Source: Dehalococcoidia bacterium
GTDB lineage: Bacteria > Chloroflexota > Dehalococcoidia > Plut-88900
Assembly (NCBI GenBank): GCA_965207225.1
Contig: CBDBLV010000002.1
Span: 288,001 to 352,000 of the forward strand
Reading direction: 5' to 3'
Length of the DNA stretch: 64,000 bases
Below, piece by piece: positions 10,082 through 20,982 of this stretch. The notes under the pieces are model-generated. The model was not told where the DNA came from. It did not search any database and saw only the letters and a list, made by a program, of their open reading frames with translations. Position 1 is the first letter of the stretch, and each line of letters starts with the position of its first letter. The translations under genes and the position numbers were made by a program.

Positions 10082-11218
10082 ATGCAATACAACATCATCT
10101 CAGCAGACTCCCACGTGGACCTCGGATTCCTGCCATGGGACCTCTTTACCTCCCAGGCCCCGACCCAGTACGCCAACCGCGTCCCGAGAGTCGAAACCCA
10201 TGACGGCATCGACCAGTGGTGGGCGGACGGGGTGTACCTGGAAGACGTCGGCCACTTCTCCAAGGTGGCTACCTACAACCCGGGCATGAAAACCCGGGTC
10301 GACAAGATGGCGGCCACGGGCTTCATCCAGGACGCCGCCGAAGGCCGTTACCACCCCACTGACCCCGACCTCAGGATCAAAGACCAGGATGCAGACGGCG
10401 TAGACGCGGAGGTCATATACGGCATGTTCGCAGTCGCCACCAAACTGAAGGACCAGGAGTTGGTCGCTTCCATCTACCGCACCTACAATGACTGGATCGC
10501 CGACTTCACCAGCAAGCGCCCGGACCGGCTCAGGGGTCTGGCATGCCTGCCCAACCACGATCCCCAAGCCGCCGCCGATGAGGTCCGCAGGATTGCGGCC
10601 AAGGGGTTGGTCGGTGTCGAGTTCGGCGTGGCAACGGCGGTCAAGCCGATGTACTACCGAGACTGGGACGTGCTGTGGGAAGCCGTTGCCGAATGTGGAG
10701 TCTCCATATCCTTCCACACTACGGGCCTGTATCCCCGTCCACCCGAGCCCGGGGACGAGAAGCTCTACGCCCTGACCCATCGAGTTGTTAACATGGTGAC
10801 ATTCCAACTCTCGGGGGCGGAGATCCTGGCCAGCATGGTGCTGTCGGGAGCTTGTGAAAGGAACCCCGACCTGAAGTTCGTGCTCGGGGAGTGCGGCGTT
10901 ACATGGATCCCCTACGTTCTCGACCGGATGGACCACGAGGACGAAGGAGACGTCACCCTCTCAATGATTCCCAGCGACTATTGGAAGCGCCAGGGCTATT
11001 CCACATTCCAGAAGGAAGCCTTTGCCGGCGACATGATCGACTTCATCGGCGAGGACAACGTCATGTGGGGGTCAGACTATCCCCACCCCGACGGCGTCTG
11101 GCCAGACTCCCAGGAGACCATCGAGAACAACCTCAAGGGCCTCAAGGACGAGACCAAGCGGATGAAGATAATCCGGGACACGGCTGCCAAGCTCTACCGC
11201 TTTACCAACGGCAACTAG
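10082..11218 (+). CDS. Amidohydrolase family 2 protein
   Basis: SADSHV, YNDW, SFHT, MWGSDYPHPD. Confidence 0.92.
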   Translation: MQYNIISADSHVDLGFLPWDLFTSQAPTQYANRVPRVETHDGIDQWWADGVYLEDVGHFSKVATYNPGMKTRVDKMAATGFIQDAAEGRYHPTDPDLRIKDQDADGVDAEVIYGMFAVATKLKDQELVASIYRTYNDWIADFTSKRPDRLRGLACLPNHDPQAAADEVRRIAAKGLVGVEFGVATAVKPMYYRDWDVLWEAVAECGVSISFHTTGLYPRPPEPGDEKLYALTHRVVNMVTFQLSGAEILASMVLSGACERNPDLKFVLGECGVTWIPYVLDRMDHEDEGDVTLSMIPSDYWKRQGYSTFQKEAFAGDMIDFIGEDNVMWGSDYPHPDGVWPDSQETIENNLKGLKDETKRMKIIRDTAAKLYRFTNGN

Positions 11219-11239
11219 ACCTACCTCCTGTGCTACGAA

Positions 11240-11267
11240 GAAGGGCGACCCGGTTGGGTCGCCCTTC
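11240..11267. terminator. GC-rich hairpin between convergent genes (terminator or REP-like)
   Basis: GAAGGGCGACCC-GGTT-GGGTCGCCCTTC 12-bp stem; core resembles the GGGCGAC..GTCGCCC repeats at 36846 and 37644. Confidence 0.7.
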
Positions 11268-11288
11268 CCTCTTTCGTGCATTCCCTGG

Positions 11289-12707
11289 CTAAATGGGAGG
11301 TCGCCGCGTGTGCCAGTCCGTTGCCCCTTCGTAGGCCGCCGAGACCCTTAACACCGTAGCCTCGTCAAACGCCCTGCCCGCAATCTGCAGCCCGATTGGC
11401 AACCCGTCCCCCGAGAATCCACAAGATATGGATATGGCTGGCAGTCCGGCGAGGTTGAAGGGGGTGGTGAGGCTCCGTGCGCCGAATATGCGCTGGCGTA
11501 CATCGGCCTCACTTACGAAGACCCTTTGGACTTCCTTGATCTCGGGGGCGGGGGTGGAGACCACAGGGCCGACCAGGACATCGAAGTCTTCCAGGGCCTC
11601 GATGAGCCGCTTCCTGAGCAGCTGCCGCGCCCTCTGGGCACGATGGTACAGAGAGGCAGGGATCAGGCTCGAGGCCATGAGGCGGGTGCGGGTGGCTACG
11701 TCGTAGTCCCTGTGCCTCTGCCTCAGCAGCGACTCGTGGGTATCGGCGGCGTCCGAGTCGCCGATTGCTATGTAGATCGGGCCTGAAAGCTCCAGGAGTG
11801 GTATGTTCACTTCCTCGGTCTCGGCGCCGAGGGACTGGAACACGTCCCTGGTGGCGTTAACTGCGCTCCGGGTATCCTCGTCTACGCCCTCCAGGTTTAT
11901 GAGCTGGTGCAGGTAGCCTATCTTCATGCCTCGCACACCCCTGTCGAGACCCGAGGAGTAGTCGTCCACGGGCCGGGGGCTGCTGAGGGGATCATTAGGG
12001 TCTTGGCCGGCTATGACGGCAAGGAGGTTGGCGCAGTCTCGGACGGTGCGGGTCATGGGGCCGGCTGTGTCCATAGACCAGCACATGGGAAAGGCGCGGT
12101 AGCGGCTGGTCCTGCCCGTGGTGGGCCTGAGCCCGACTATCCCGCACATGGCGGCGGGAAGCCTGACGGACCCACCCGTGTCCTCTCCGATGGCGACGGC
12201 GGTCATGCCGGCCGATGGAGCTATTCCAGAACCGGCGCTCGAACTGCCCGGTATCCTGTCCAGATTCCACGGATTCCGGGGCGTGCCGAATACGAAATCC
12301 CGTGTGTCCCCGAAAGCAAACTCGGTCATGTTCAGCTTGCCAAGCAGTATGGTCCCCGCAGCTTTGAGCCTTGCGGTGACCGTGGACTCGCCGTCGGGGA
12401 CGTTCTCCGAGAAGATCCGGGAGGCCATGGTAGTGCGAATGCCCGCGGTATCGAACTGGTCCTTCACGGCAACGGGTATGCCGTGCAACGGGCCTAAGTA
12501 ATCTCCTTTTGAGATAGTTGCTTCCGCGTCTTGGGCCTGGGCCCGGGCCTCGTCCCCGCACACGGTGATATAGGCTCTGACAGTGGAGTCTATTTCCTCG
12601 ATTCGGGCCAGATAGGCATCTACAACTTCCACCGGCGAAAGCTCTCGGCGTCGCATCCGTGCCCCAAGCTCGTGGGCGGGCTGGTATATCAGGTCGTGGG
12701 ACGGCAT
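11289..12707 (-). CDS. Amidase signature family enzyme (GatA/AtzE-like)
   Basis: GPLHGIPVAVKD (Lys), PGSSSAGS, GEDTGGSVRLPAAMCG (Ser-cisSer-Lys triad). Confidence 0.93.
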   Translation of the reverse strand: MPSHDLIYQPAHELGARMRRRELSPVEVVDAYLARIEEIDSTVRAYITVCGDEARAQAQDAEATISKGDYLGPLHGIPVAVKDQFDTAGIRTTMASRIFSENVPDGESTVTARLKAAGTILLGKLNMTEFAFGDTRDFVFGTPRNPWNLDRIPGSSSAGSGIAPSAGMTAVAIGEDTGGSVRLPAAMCGIVGLRPTTGRTSRYRAFPMCWSMDTAGPMTRTVRDCANLLAVIAGQDPNDPLSSPRPVDDYSSGLDRGVRGMKIGYLHQLINLEGVDEDTRSAVNATRDVFQSLGAETEEVNIPLLELSGPIYIAIGDSDAADTHESLLRQRHRDYDVATRTRLMASSLIPASLYHRAQRARQLLRKRLIEALEDFDVLVGPVVSTPAPEIKEVQRVFVSEADVRQRIFGARSLTTPFNLAGLPAISISCGFSGDGLPIGLQIAGRAFDEATVLRVSAAYEGATDWHTRRPPI

Positions 12708-12708
12708 A

Positions 12709-12924
12709 CTAGCGGGCCTCCCTGTCCAGCAGAATAGGCAGGGGGTCGGTGGTGTCGAGTTCTGGGTCGTCCAAGGAGGCGAGGGCGTCGCTGAGGGCGT
12801 TGAGACGGTACCGTATCTCGTCGAGGTCCGATTCCTCGACGGGCAAGCCTCTGAGTCGGGCGAGTCGGGCTACGTCCTCCCTGGTCAGCCTCTCGCTGTA
12901 TCCCCTATTAGCTTCTCTAGCCAT
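12709..12924 (-). CDS. Small GatC/AtzG-like amidase partner protein
   Basis: 71 aa, LTREDVARLARLRGL resembles a GatC N-terminus; stop lies 1 nt before the amidase ATG. Confidence 0.7.
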   Translation of the reverse strand: MAREANRGYSERLTREDVARLARLRGLPVEESDLDEIRYRLNALSDALASLDDPELDTTDPLPILLDREAR

Positions 12925-13123
12925 ATTTCCCCACCTTCACTACTGCTCCCGCCATTCTGTCCCCACCCTATCCCAAAGTCAATTCAGCGCGTAGCTGTGT
13001 CGCACTCAGCCTTCAGCCAAGAGAGGTGCCCACTCAACAGCAAATGATGGTAGGAGCTGGGGCGTGCATACCGACATCCTTGAATTCCCGCATCTGCAAC
13101 TGGGCCGTGACTACAGACCTTCC

Positions 13124-15598
13124 TCACTCCTCACCCTTCTGCCCTTCTCCATTCCCACCATCATCTTGTTCGTCCCCTTCGTCGACGTTTGGACTCGTCC
13201 CCCGACCCTTGGCAAATTCCCGCGCCGCTCTAGCCATGTCCTTCAGCCGTTCCTCCACCAAGTAGTGCACAGTCCCTTCGGGATAGCCGCCGCCCTCCAG
13301 CCTTTCTCCTGCCGGAGTACCGGTCAATACTTCTATCCCCTCATCAATGGTGGATATGCTGTAGATGTGGAATTTCCCGGCCTGGATGGCGTCCAGCACC
13401 TCGTCCTTGAGCGTCAGGTGCTGGACATTGTCCGCGGGCACCATAACGCCTTGCTTGCCCGTAAGACCCCGGACCTTACATACCTCGAAAAAACCTTCGA
13501 TCTTCTGAGTCCCGCCGCCTATCGCCTGCACATCTCCGTTCTGGTCCACCGACCCCGTGACCGCAATCCCCTGGTCTATCGGCAGCCCGGAGATGGCCGA
13601 CAGCAACGCATACAGCTCCGTCGAGGAGGCGCTGTCCCCGTCCACCTCGCTGTAGTTCTGTTCAAATCCTATGCTCGCGGCGAGGGACAAGGGCTTGTCA
13701 TAGCCGTATTTGCCCTGCACGTACCCGTTAAGAATCATGAACCCCTTGTCGTGGATCCTTCCGCTGAGCTTGGTTTCCCTCTCCACGTTCACCACCTGCC
13801 CCCGACCCAGCGACACCCTCGCCGAAATCCGGCTTGGCTTACCAAAAGACAGCTCACCCAGCGATAGCACGGCCAGTCCGTTGACCTGCCCCACTGCCTC
13901 TCCGTCCGTCGAGATGCGGATTACGCCCTCCTCTATCATCTGCAGGACCCGATCCTCCCTCAGGTTGGAGCGGTAGTGTCGTTCCTCGATGGCCTTGTTC
14001 ACGTGATCGGCCATCACGAGATCGTTTCCATCCGACCTCGCCCAATAGTTAGCCTCCGTGATGATGTCGGAAATGCCCATGAACCTGGTTGTGAGCTTGT
14101 CCTGGTGGGCCGCCACTCTGCTGGAATGGTCGATAATCCGCGCGACGGCACTCTTGTGAAAGGGCCTCAATCTCCCCTCTTTGCATTGTTCAGCAACATA
14201 GGCGGCATACCTGGACACGTTCTCGAGTGTCCGGTCCATGTCCGTTTCGAAGTCCGCCGTAACTTTGAAATATCGCCGAAATTCTTCGTCGAAGGCCTGC
14301 AGCCTGAACAGTACACCCGGAGTCCCGACTACGATGATCTTGGCATCCAGGGGAATGGGCCTGGGACGAAGGGTGGATGAGGGAAGGGCGCTGTACTGCT
14401 CCCCCATGTTCTCGATTGCTATCTCTCCGCTATGGAGGGTCCTTTTGAGCGTCTGCCAGGACATCGGGTTGGACAGGAGCTCCCGGGCCTGCAGGATCAA
14501 GTATCCACCGTTTGCCTCGTGGATTGCCCCGCTCTTGATCATCGTGTGGTTGGTTGTCAGCGTACCCATCCGGGACTGGTAGTCGATGCGACCGAACAGG
14601 TTGTAGTAGGTTGGGTTGTGGGCTACTACCGTGGGCGCCGTAACGCAGGTCGTGTTGTCTACAAGGTCGTTGACCCGGTAGCGCGTGAACGCCTCGTCCT
14701 CATCCACTGGCTGCTGGAATGGCATCGCCCCTGGCTTCGCATCCTTCGGCTTGAGCAGTTCCAGATGCTCCACCAGGTCGTTCTCGACCCGCTCCAGGTA
14801 GGATACAACCTCCGGGTGCTCTTTGTACTTTTCCTGCAATTCATCGACTATCGGAGTCAAGGTAAAGAGCACTATCTCTCTGTCGACGTTGCGAGCCTGC
14901 TCCATTGCCTCTTTGCTCAGGCGGCGTATCTCGACAAGGGTACGGTTGATAACATCTTGAATCTCGTCGGCTGTCTGGCGCAGGCGGGCCTGTTCGGCGG
15001 CCGGCAGGGCTGCAAAGACCTCCTGGGACGCCGACTTTCCGTCAATCACCGGCAGAGGGGTAAGCCCGACCTGGGTAGAACGGAGCACAAAACCCACCTG
15101 CCTTGCCGCCTGCTCCATCCCTGCCGTCATCTCCTGGCGTCGGGTCTGGATGCCCTCCATGGCTTCTTCCATGCGCTCCCGATAGTCGTCGCTTTCGAAA
15201 GCCCTGGGAACATCCCGGCGGACGGTTTCGATCAACTCGTTCATGTCGGCTGCCAGTACCCGGACCCAGCCGCAGGGCAGGTTGATGGGGATGGGTTGGG
15301 CAGGTTCATCGAAGTTATGAACGTAACCCCAATCCGGAGGGATGGGCTTGTTCAGCGCCAACCGTTCTACGTGCCTGCGCACGGCCGTGCGCCGCCCCGT
15401 GCCAGGAGGTCCCGATATGAAGAGATTGAAGCCCGGGGCGTCGACCCCCAGGGCGAGTTCAAGAGCGCTCTCGGCCCGCTCCTGGCCCAGCAGCCCTTCC
15501 AGGGGTGCGACCTCATCAGTTGTCTCAAACCCTAGACTTTCCGGGTCAAAGTGCTTCTTCAGGGAGTCCAGGGGGACCTCTAGCCGCTCTATGCCCAT
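13124..15598 (-). CDS. Lon-like S16 protease (LonC/AAA_32 type)
   Basis: GQERA, GPPGTGR, HEANGGYL, VDGDSASS (Ser) and QKIEGFF (Lys) dyad. Confidence 0.93.
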   Translation of the reverse strand: MGIERLEVPLDSLKKHFDPESLGFETTDEVAPLEGLLGQERAESALELALGVDAPGFNLFISGPPGTGRRTAVRRHVERLALNKPIPPDWGYVHNFDEPAQPIPINLPCGWVRVLAADMNELIETVRRDVPRAFESDDYRERMEEAMEGIQTRRQEMTAGMEQAARQVGFVLRSTQVGLTPLPVIDGKSASQEVFAALPAAEQARLRQTADEIQDVINRTLVEIRRLSKEAMEQARNVDREIVLFTLTPIVDELQEKYKEHPEVVSYLERVENDLVEHLELLKPKDAKPGAMPFQQPVDEDEAFTRYRVNDLVDNTTCVTAPTVVAHNPTYYNLFGRIDYQSRMGTLTTNHTMIKSGAIHEANGGYLILQARELLSNPMSWQTLKRTLHSGEIAIENMGEQYSALPSSTLRPRPIPLDAKIIVVGTPGVLFRLQAFDEEFRRYFKVTADFETDMDRTLENVSRYAAYVAEQCKEGRLRPFHKSAVARIIDHSSRVAAHQDKLTTRFMGISDIITEANYWARSDGNDLVMADHVNKAIEERHYRSNLREDRVLQMIEEGVIRISTDGEAVGQVNGLAVLSLGELSFGKPSRISARVSLGRGQVVNVERETKLSGRIHDKGFMILNGYVQGKYGYDKPLSLAASIGFEQNYSEVDGDSASSTELYALLSAISGLPIDQGIAVTGSVDQNGDVQAIGGGTQKIEGFFEVCKVRGLTGKQGVMVPADNVQHLTLKDEVLDAIQAGKFHIYSISTIDEGIEVLTGTPAGERLEGGGYPEGTVHYLVEERLKDMARAAREFAKGRGTSPNVDEGDEQDDGGNGEGQKGEE

Positions 15599-15776
15599 CG
15601 CTAACCCCTTGTTTCAGTGAATTCGGCTTGGCAGGGCTTCCGCCCTTGTCCTTATGTTAGTCGGCGGGACAAGCGTTGGGCCTGTCCCGCCGACTGCATA
15701 CATCCACTCTATTCTAACGCGACCCCGATGAAGCAGATGGGATCTGGGCTCCAGGGCCGTCTTCTGTCTTATACAG

Positions 15777-18700
15777 CTATTCCTCCACCGGATAGAGCAC
15801 TACCCTGAGGTACTCGTCCGTGGTGAAGTATCGCTCCGTCACACCCGCGACTTGCTCCAGGGTCAGGGCCTCCAGCCGCTCATCAAACCCGACGATTTCC
15901 ACGAAGGGCTCATCCCGCTGGGAGGCGGCCATGATTTGGTTAAGCCAGAAGCCGTTTTCCCGCACTTGCTCCTTTCGGGCCGTACGCAGTATCTCCTTGG
16001 CCGTGTCCAGGTAGCTCTGCTCGCCACCGTCCTGCAGCCACTCTATTTCCCTTATAACTTCGCCAAAGAGTTCGTCCACGCGGTCGGGATCGCTCCCGAA
16101 TATGGCGTAATTGAAGTACTCCTGGTCAGGAAGGGAGGATGTGCTTGCGCTCACGCCTATTGAGTATGTGCCGCCCAGCTGCTCCCTGATCCGCTCTCGC
16201 ACCCGAATCCCAAGCACCTCTTCTGCCAACTCCAGAGCCAGGTTTTCGGCCCTGCTCCATTCCAGGTCTCCTGCGAACACCACAACCGTATTGCTCCTCG
16301 GCTCAATGCCGCTGTGTACCACCTCGTCTATGAGACCCGATGGCGGGTCGATCCCGTGGTCTACCCATTGCTCCACACGGCCAGAGCTGGGGAGACTTGC
16401 CAGGTAGGTTGCCGACAGCGTTCGCAGCTCCTCCCAGTCAAATGCTCCCACGAACACAAAGGTGGAGTCCGATATGTCAGCAAACCTGTCGGCGTACACG
16501 GCTTCGGCTCGCTCCATGTTCAGCTCAGCCAGCAGTTCCACCGAGAGGGGACGTTGGCGGAGGTGGGCCTGGCTCCGCAACGAGTTCACCCTGTCGACAA
16601 GGACTGAGTCCGGGTCTGCAGCGCGGTATTCGGCGTTACTTTTTAGTCTCGACTCGTAGCTGGAGAAGAAAGCTGGGTCCATACGGGGCTCGGTGGCGTA
16701 CAGGGTGATCAGCTGGAACAACGTCTCCATATCCTCAGGCGAGGCGCTCCCCCCGACCCCTTCGAAAAGCTCCCCGATATACGGAGATACCGACACCCTC
16801 TGCCCGGCCAGAAGCTTATCCAGCGTCACCCTGTCATGGGGCCCAGCGCCGCTTCCGGTAACCAGCTGCGCCGCAAATCGGGCGGAAACATGGTCTTCGT
16901 CGGATGCCAGCGAGTGCCCGCCGGGGCTGAAGGACCTGAAAACGACTTCGTCATCCTTGAAGTCGGTCTGCTTAGCGATTACGGTCACGCCGTTCGAAAG
17001 CGTCCATTTCACGGCGTCAATGGACTCTATCTGCTCCTCTGCAACAATGCTCCCGGGCGTTGGGGTGTTTGCCAACAGTGGAACGTCTCCCACGTCATCC
17101 TCGTATGCTTCCACGACCAGGGCGTCGGCGCCCTGGATCTGTGCCAGCGTTGCCGAGGCCAGTTCATCATCGGTCTTGGCTTCGGTCTCCTCGGGCCTTA
17201 CTACCAACAGACCGGTGTCTGACGTCTCCGTCCACGACTGCGCCACCGCCAGGAACTCCGATAGAGTTATCTGTGGAAGCAATTCCTGATAGAGTTCCCA
17301 CTCAGCCTCGATACCCGGGACCGGCGTTCCATTGAAGAAGTGGCCCACGTATTCGTTGACAAGGACCGCGGACTCGGTCTGCTCCCGCTGTTTATAGGCG
17401 CTCTCTACTGAACTGAGCAGGTTGCTCTTTTCCCGGGCCAGTTCGCTTTCCGTGAAGCCGTGCTGGCTTGCCCGCTGTATCTCCTCCAGTACCGCGCCCA
17501 GCCCGGTCTCTATGCCGCCCTGCTCCACCCAGCCCCCAAACGTAATTATGTCCAAGGTATCCACGTAACCGGACCGTCCGCCGTCGGCCACCAGATAGGG
17601 CGGGTCGGCGGACTGGGCCCGTTCGAACAGCCTTGAGTTCAGCATCATGTAGGCCAGCTGCTCCACTACAAAACTGCGAAAGGCCGCCAGGTCCCGACCG
17701 GTTTCCGGGGTGAGTTTCCGGATTAGCACGAACTGGCTCCCGGGCGATTCGGCATCGGTGAAGACCTCGATGCGGGGGTTGGCGTGAGTCTCAAAGTCGA
17801 AGGAGGGCCTTTCGGTGGAAGGGCCAAGAACTGCCGCTTCCTGGGCAGCCTCACCCTCGGGGGGTGGGGCGAAGTATTGCTTAACCTTGGCCTCGATGTC
17901 TTCGATTTCGAAGTCGCCCACTGCCACTACTGCCATCAGGTCGGGCCTGTACCAACGTTCGTAGTAGCCTCGCAAGTCCTCCGCCGTCGCACTTTCTATG
18001 ACTTCGGTGAGGCCGATAGGGGCCCGGACGGCATAGCGGGAAGAGCCGAACAGCAGCTGCAGCAGGTTGTCCTGCAGCCGGGAGTTGAATCCCTGGCTAA
18101 GCCGCCACTCTTCCAGTATCACACCCCGTTCCAAGTCGACTTCTTCCGGGTCGAAGCTGATGGCGTAGGCCCAGTCGCTCAGGATCTGAAAGGCAGTCTC
18201 GGTCACCTCGGGGTCGTCCGTGGGAACTTCCAGGAAGTACAGGGTTTCATCGAAACTGGTGTAGGCATTCAGGTCGGGGCCAAAGGCGCTTCCCAGCGAT
18301 TCCAGGTATTCGACAATCTCCTGCTTGGCGAACCGCTCCGTGCCGTTGAAAGCCATGTGCTCAACAAAGTGCGCCAGTCCCCGCTCGCTCTCCTCCTCAA
18401 ACACTGATCCGGCCCTGACCGCCAGGGCTATCTGGGCCCGGTCTTGCGGCTCCTCGTTGTGCCTGATGTAGTAGCTCAGTCCGTTGGAAAGAGTCCCACG
18501 CACCACCAGCGGGTCGAAGGGCAGCTCTTCCGCAACCTCTTCTTCCTCCTCCGGCTCGACGGGTTCAGGAGTCGGAGTCGGCTCGGGGGTTGGGGTGGGA
18601 GTCGGTTCCGGTATCGGGGGGGGTGTTGGAGCCGCAGGCTCGGGAGTGGACGTGGGCTCAGGGGAGGGTATTGCCGTTGGTGTCTGGGGTGGGGCCTCGG

Positions 18701-18866
18701 GCGTAGGGGCGACTAAAGTTGACGTCGGGTGGGGGCCAACCGTCGGCGTGACCCCGCACCCCACCACCACCCCAACTATCAAGGTGATACAGATTACGGC
18801 CAGCGCCGAAGCAAATCTCAAGCTCATTTGTGGAGGTTCTCTCTTTCCGGTTTCCAGGCGAGTCAT
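15777..18866 (-). CDS. M16 zinc protease (PqqL-like), lipoprotein with Pro/Thr linker
   Basis: GLAHFVEHMAFNG (HxxEH), NAYTSFDET; VVGC lipobox; PTP/PEP low-complexity linker. Confidence 0.93.
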   Translation of the reverse strand: MTRLETGKREPPQMSLRFASALAVICITLIVGVVVGCGVTPTVGPHPTSTLVAPTPEAPPQTPTAIPSPEPTSTPEPAAPTPPPIPEPTPTPTPEPTPTPEPVEPEEEEEVAEELPFDPLVVRGTLSNGLSYYIRHNEEPQDRAQIALAVRAGSVFEEESERGLAHFVEHMAFNGTERFAKQEIVEYLESLGSAFGPDLNAYTSFDETLYFLEVPTDDPEVTETAFQILSDWAYAISFDPEEVDLERGVILEEWRLSQGFNSRLQDNLLQLLFGSSRYAVRAPIGLTEVIESATAEDLRGYYERWYRPDLMAVVAVGDFEIEDIEAKVKQYFAPPPEGEAAQEAAVLGPSTERPSFDFETHANPRIEVFTDAESPGSQFVLIRKLTPETGRDLAAFRSFVVEQLAYMMLNSRLFERAQSADPPYLVADGGRSGYVDTLDIITFGGWVEQGGIETGLGAVLEEIQRASQHGFTESELAREKSNLLSSVESAYKQREQTESAVLVNEYVGHFFNGTPVPGIEAEWELYQELLPQITLSEFLAVAQSWTETSDTGLLVVRPEETEAKTDDELASATLAQIQGADALVVEAYEDDVGDVPLLANTPTPGSIVAEEQIESIDAVKWTLSNGVTVIAKQTDFKDDEVVFRSFSPGGHSLASDEDHVSARFAAQLVTGSGAGPHDRVTLDKLLAGQRVSVSPYIGELFEGVGGSASPEDMETLFQLITLYATEPRMDPAFFSSYESRLKSNAEYRAADPDSVLVDRVNSLRSQAHLRQRPLSVELLAELNMERAEAVYADRFADISDSTFVFVGAFDWEELRTLSATYLASLPSSGRVEQWVDHGIDPPSGLIDEVVHSGIEPRSNTVVVFAGDLEWSRAENLALELAEEVLGIRVRERIREQLGGTYSIGVSASTSSLPDQEYFNYAIFGSDPDRVDELFGEVIREIEWLQDGGEQSYLDTAKEILRTARKEQVRENGFWLNQIMAASQRDEPFVEIVGFDERLEALTLEQVAGVTERYFTTDEYLRVVLYPVEE

Positions 18867-18987
18867 TGTTGACGGGCGAGAAATTTTAACATTGAATTTG
18901 CTGACTACTACACTTATTCAGTCTCATTCCATTCCTATTCCTTGCACTTAATGACCTCCGATAGCATGATATCCGCGGCGTATCGAT

Positions 18988-20961
18988 ATGCTTACGGCTT
19001 CTAACATCGGCAAGTCCTATCCCAGTAAGACACTGTTTGCTGGGCTCACCTTCACCCTGGCCCAGAGAGACCGCATCGCCCTCATCGGACCCAACGGCTC
19101 CGGCAAGACCACCCTCCTCGACATCCTGGCCGGAGAGTCCGAACCCGACACGGGCGCAGTGTCCCGGCAGCGGAACGTCACCCTCGGCTACCTCAAGCAG
19201 GAACCGGAGACGTTCTCCGACAGAAGTCTGCTACAAGAAATCCTAGACGCTGCCCCCGAGCTCAATGCCCTATTGGACAAGACCCATGCCGTTCGGGAAG
19301 CGCTATCCTCGGAGGCTGACCCCGCACAGCAGGAGCTTCTCCTGGGTCAACTCGGCGATCTCGACTCCGCGCTGGAAGCCGCGGGCGGTGAGGCTCGGGA
19401 GCATGAGGCCAAGGCGATACTGTCGGGGCTTGGGTTCAGGGGGGCGGACTTCCTCCGCCCCATTAGCGAGTTCAGCGGTGGATGGATGATGAGGGCAAGT
19501 CTAGCGAAGATGCTCTTCAGAAACCCAGACCTCCTTCTCCTGGACGAACCCACCAACCACCTGGACCTCGAGGCCAACCTCTGGTTCGAAAGGTACCTCT
19601 CTTCATTCCCCGGCGGCGTTCTGGTGACTTCCCACGACCGGGCCTTTCTAAACCACACAGTCGACAGGGTCCTGGCTATTGAGCCCGACGAAGTGTCCCT
19701 ACACAGGGGCAACTACGATGACTACCTCGTGGCGCGGGAGCGCGCGCTGGAGGCAAGGCAATCCGCCGCCGCCCGGCAGGAACGTGAGATCAAGCGGCAG
19801 ATGCGCTTCGTGGACCGATTCCGCTACAAGGCCCGCAAGGCGACCCAGGTCCAGAGTCGCATCAAGCAACTCGAGAAGATGGAGGTCATCAAGCTGCCCA
19901 GGGCTACCAGAAAGGTGAACTATTCCTTCCCAAAGCCACCCCGAAGCGGATCTGAGGTCATATCCCTGGTCGATGTTCAAAAAGCATACGGTGCTAACGT
20001 GGTCTACCAGAACCTAGACCTGCGCCTGGCCCGAGGGGACCGCGTTGCGCTGGTCGGGCCAAACGGAGCGGGAAAGACCACCCTTCTCAAGATACTTGCC
20101 GATGTCATCACCTTCGAGGGAAAGAGAAAGACGGGCCATAACGTAATCACCACCTACTACGCCCAGCACGTCCTCGAGCTCCTGGACCCGACCAACACCC
20201 TTCTCAATGAGCTTCGCCAGGCCGCCCCGTCGGAGCCCGACCAGAACCTTCGCAACACCCTTGGGGGATTCCTGTTTGCAGGGGACGATGTCGATAAGAA
20301 GATATCCGTGCTCTCGGGGGGCGAAAAGGCCCGAGTGGCCCTGGCCAAGCTACTCCTCCAACCCAGCAACCTGCTGCTCATGGACGAGCCTACCAACCAC
20401 CTGGACATCGCTTCGAGGGAAGTCCTCGCCGACGCTCTCGGAGACTATCGCGGCACCATCTGCTTCATCACCCACGACCGGACCCTGATCCACCAGGTAG
20501 CCAACAAGATCATCGAGATAGACAGCGGCCGAATCACCGTCTACCCAGGTGACTATGACAGCTACCTCTATAGGAAGCAGTCTGAATCAGAAAAGCGAAG
20601 CGCCGAAACGACTCCAGCCTTGGAAACTCCTAAAGACGTTCAACCGGGTCCCACCCGCAACGGAAGGCACATATCTTCCGGGGAACGGCAGCGCCGGTCT
20701 CTGAACAACAAGGCCCGCAGACTTGCCAGGCAGATAGAGAAGATAAACGCCTCCCTGTCCGAGCGCGAATCCCGCATCGCCGAATTTGAAGAGATGTTCT
20801 CCAACCCCGACCGGTTTGAAGATGCCGACCATATTGCCGACTCTGCTGAACAATACCAGGCCCTAAAGGACGAAACACAGGCCCTATGGGAGCAGTGGGA
20901 AAAACTGTCCGTGGAAGCGGAAACGATAGACGGCAAGCTGGGGGCGCTTGAGGCCCGCTAG
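18988..20961 (+). CDS. ABC-F family ATPase
   Basis: Two NBDs ([22 protein letters not shown] and [22 protein letters not shown]), no TM segments, C-terminal coiled coil. Confidence 0.96.
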   Translation: MLTASNIGKSYPSKTLFAGLTFTLAQRDRIALIGPNGSGKTTLLDILAGESEPDTGAVSRQRNVTLGYLKQEPETFSDRSLLQEILDAAPELNALLDKTHAVREALSSEADPAQQELLLGQLGDLDSALEAAGGEAREHEAKAILSGLGFRGADFLRPISEFSGGWMMRASLAKMLFRNPDLLLLDEPTNHLDLEANLWFERYLSSFPGGVLVTSHDRAFLNHTVDRVLAIEPDEVSLHRGNYDDYLVARERALEARQSAAARQEREIKRQMRFVDRFRYKARKATQVQSRIKQLEKMEVIKLPRATRKVNYSFPKPPRSGSEVISLVDVQKAYGANVVYQNLDLRLARGDRVALVGPNGAGKTTLLKILADVITFEGKRKTGHNVITTYYAQHVLELLDPTNTLLNELRQAAPSEPDQNLRNTLGGFLFAGDDVDKKISVLSGGEKARVALAKLLLQPSNLLLMDEPTNHLDIASREVLADALGDYRGTICFITHDRTLIHQVANKIIEIDSGRITVYPGDYDSYLYRKQSESEKRSAETTPALETPKDVQPGPTRNGRHISSGERQRRSLNNKARRLARQIEKINASLSERESRIAEFEEMFSNPDRFEDADHIADSAEQYQALKDETQALWEQWEKLSVEAETIDGKLGALEAR

Positions 20962-20982
20962 TCCTGGGCCGCTGCCGGGCCG

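Noticed and set aside
11289-12924. Calling these genes gatA/gatC
   Set aside because: There is no gatB, the signature loop is divergent, and the small protein lacks the GatC C-terminal part.
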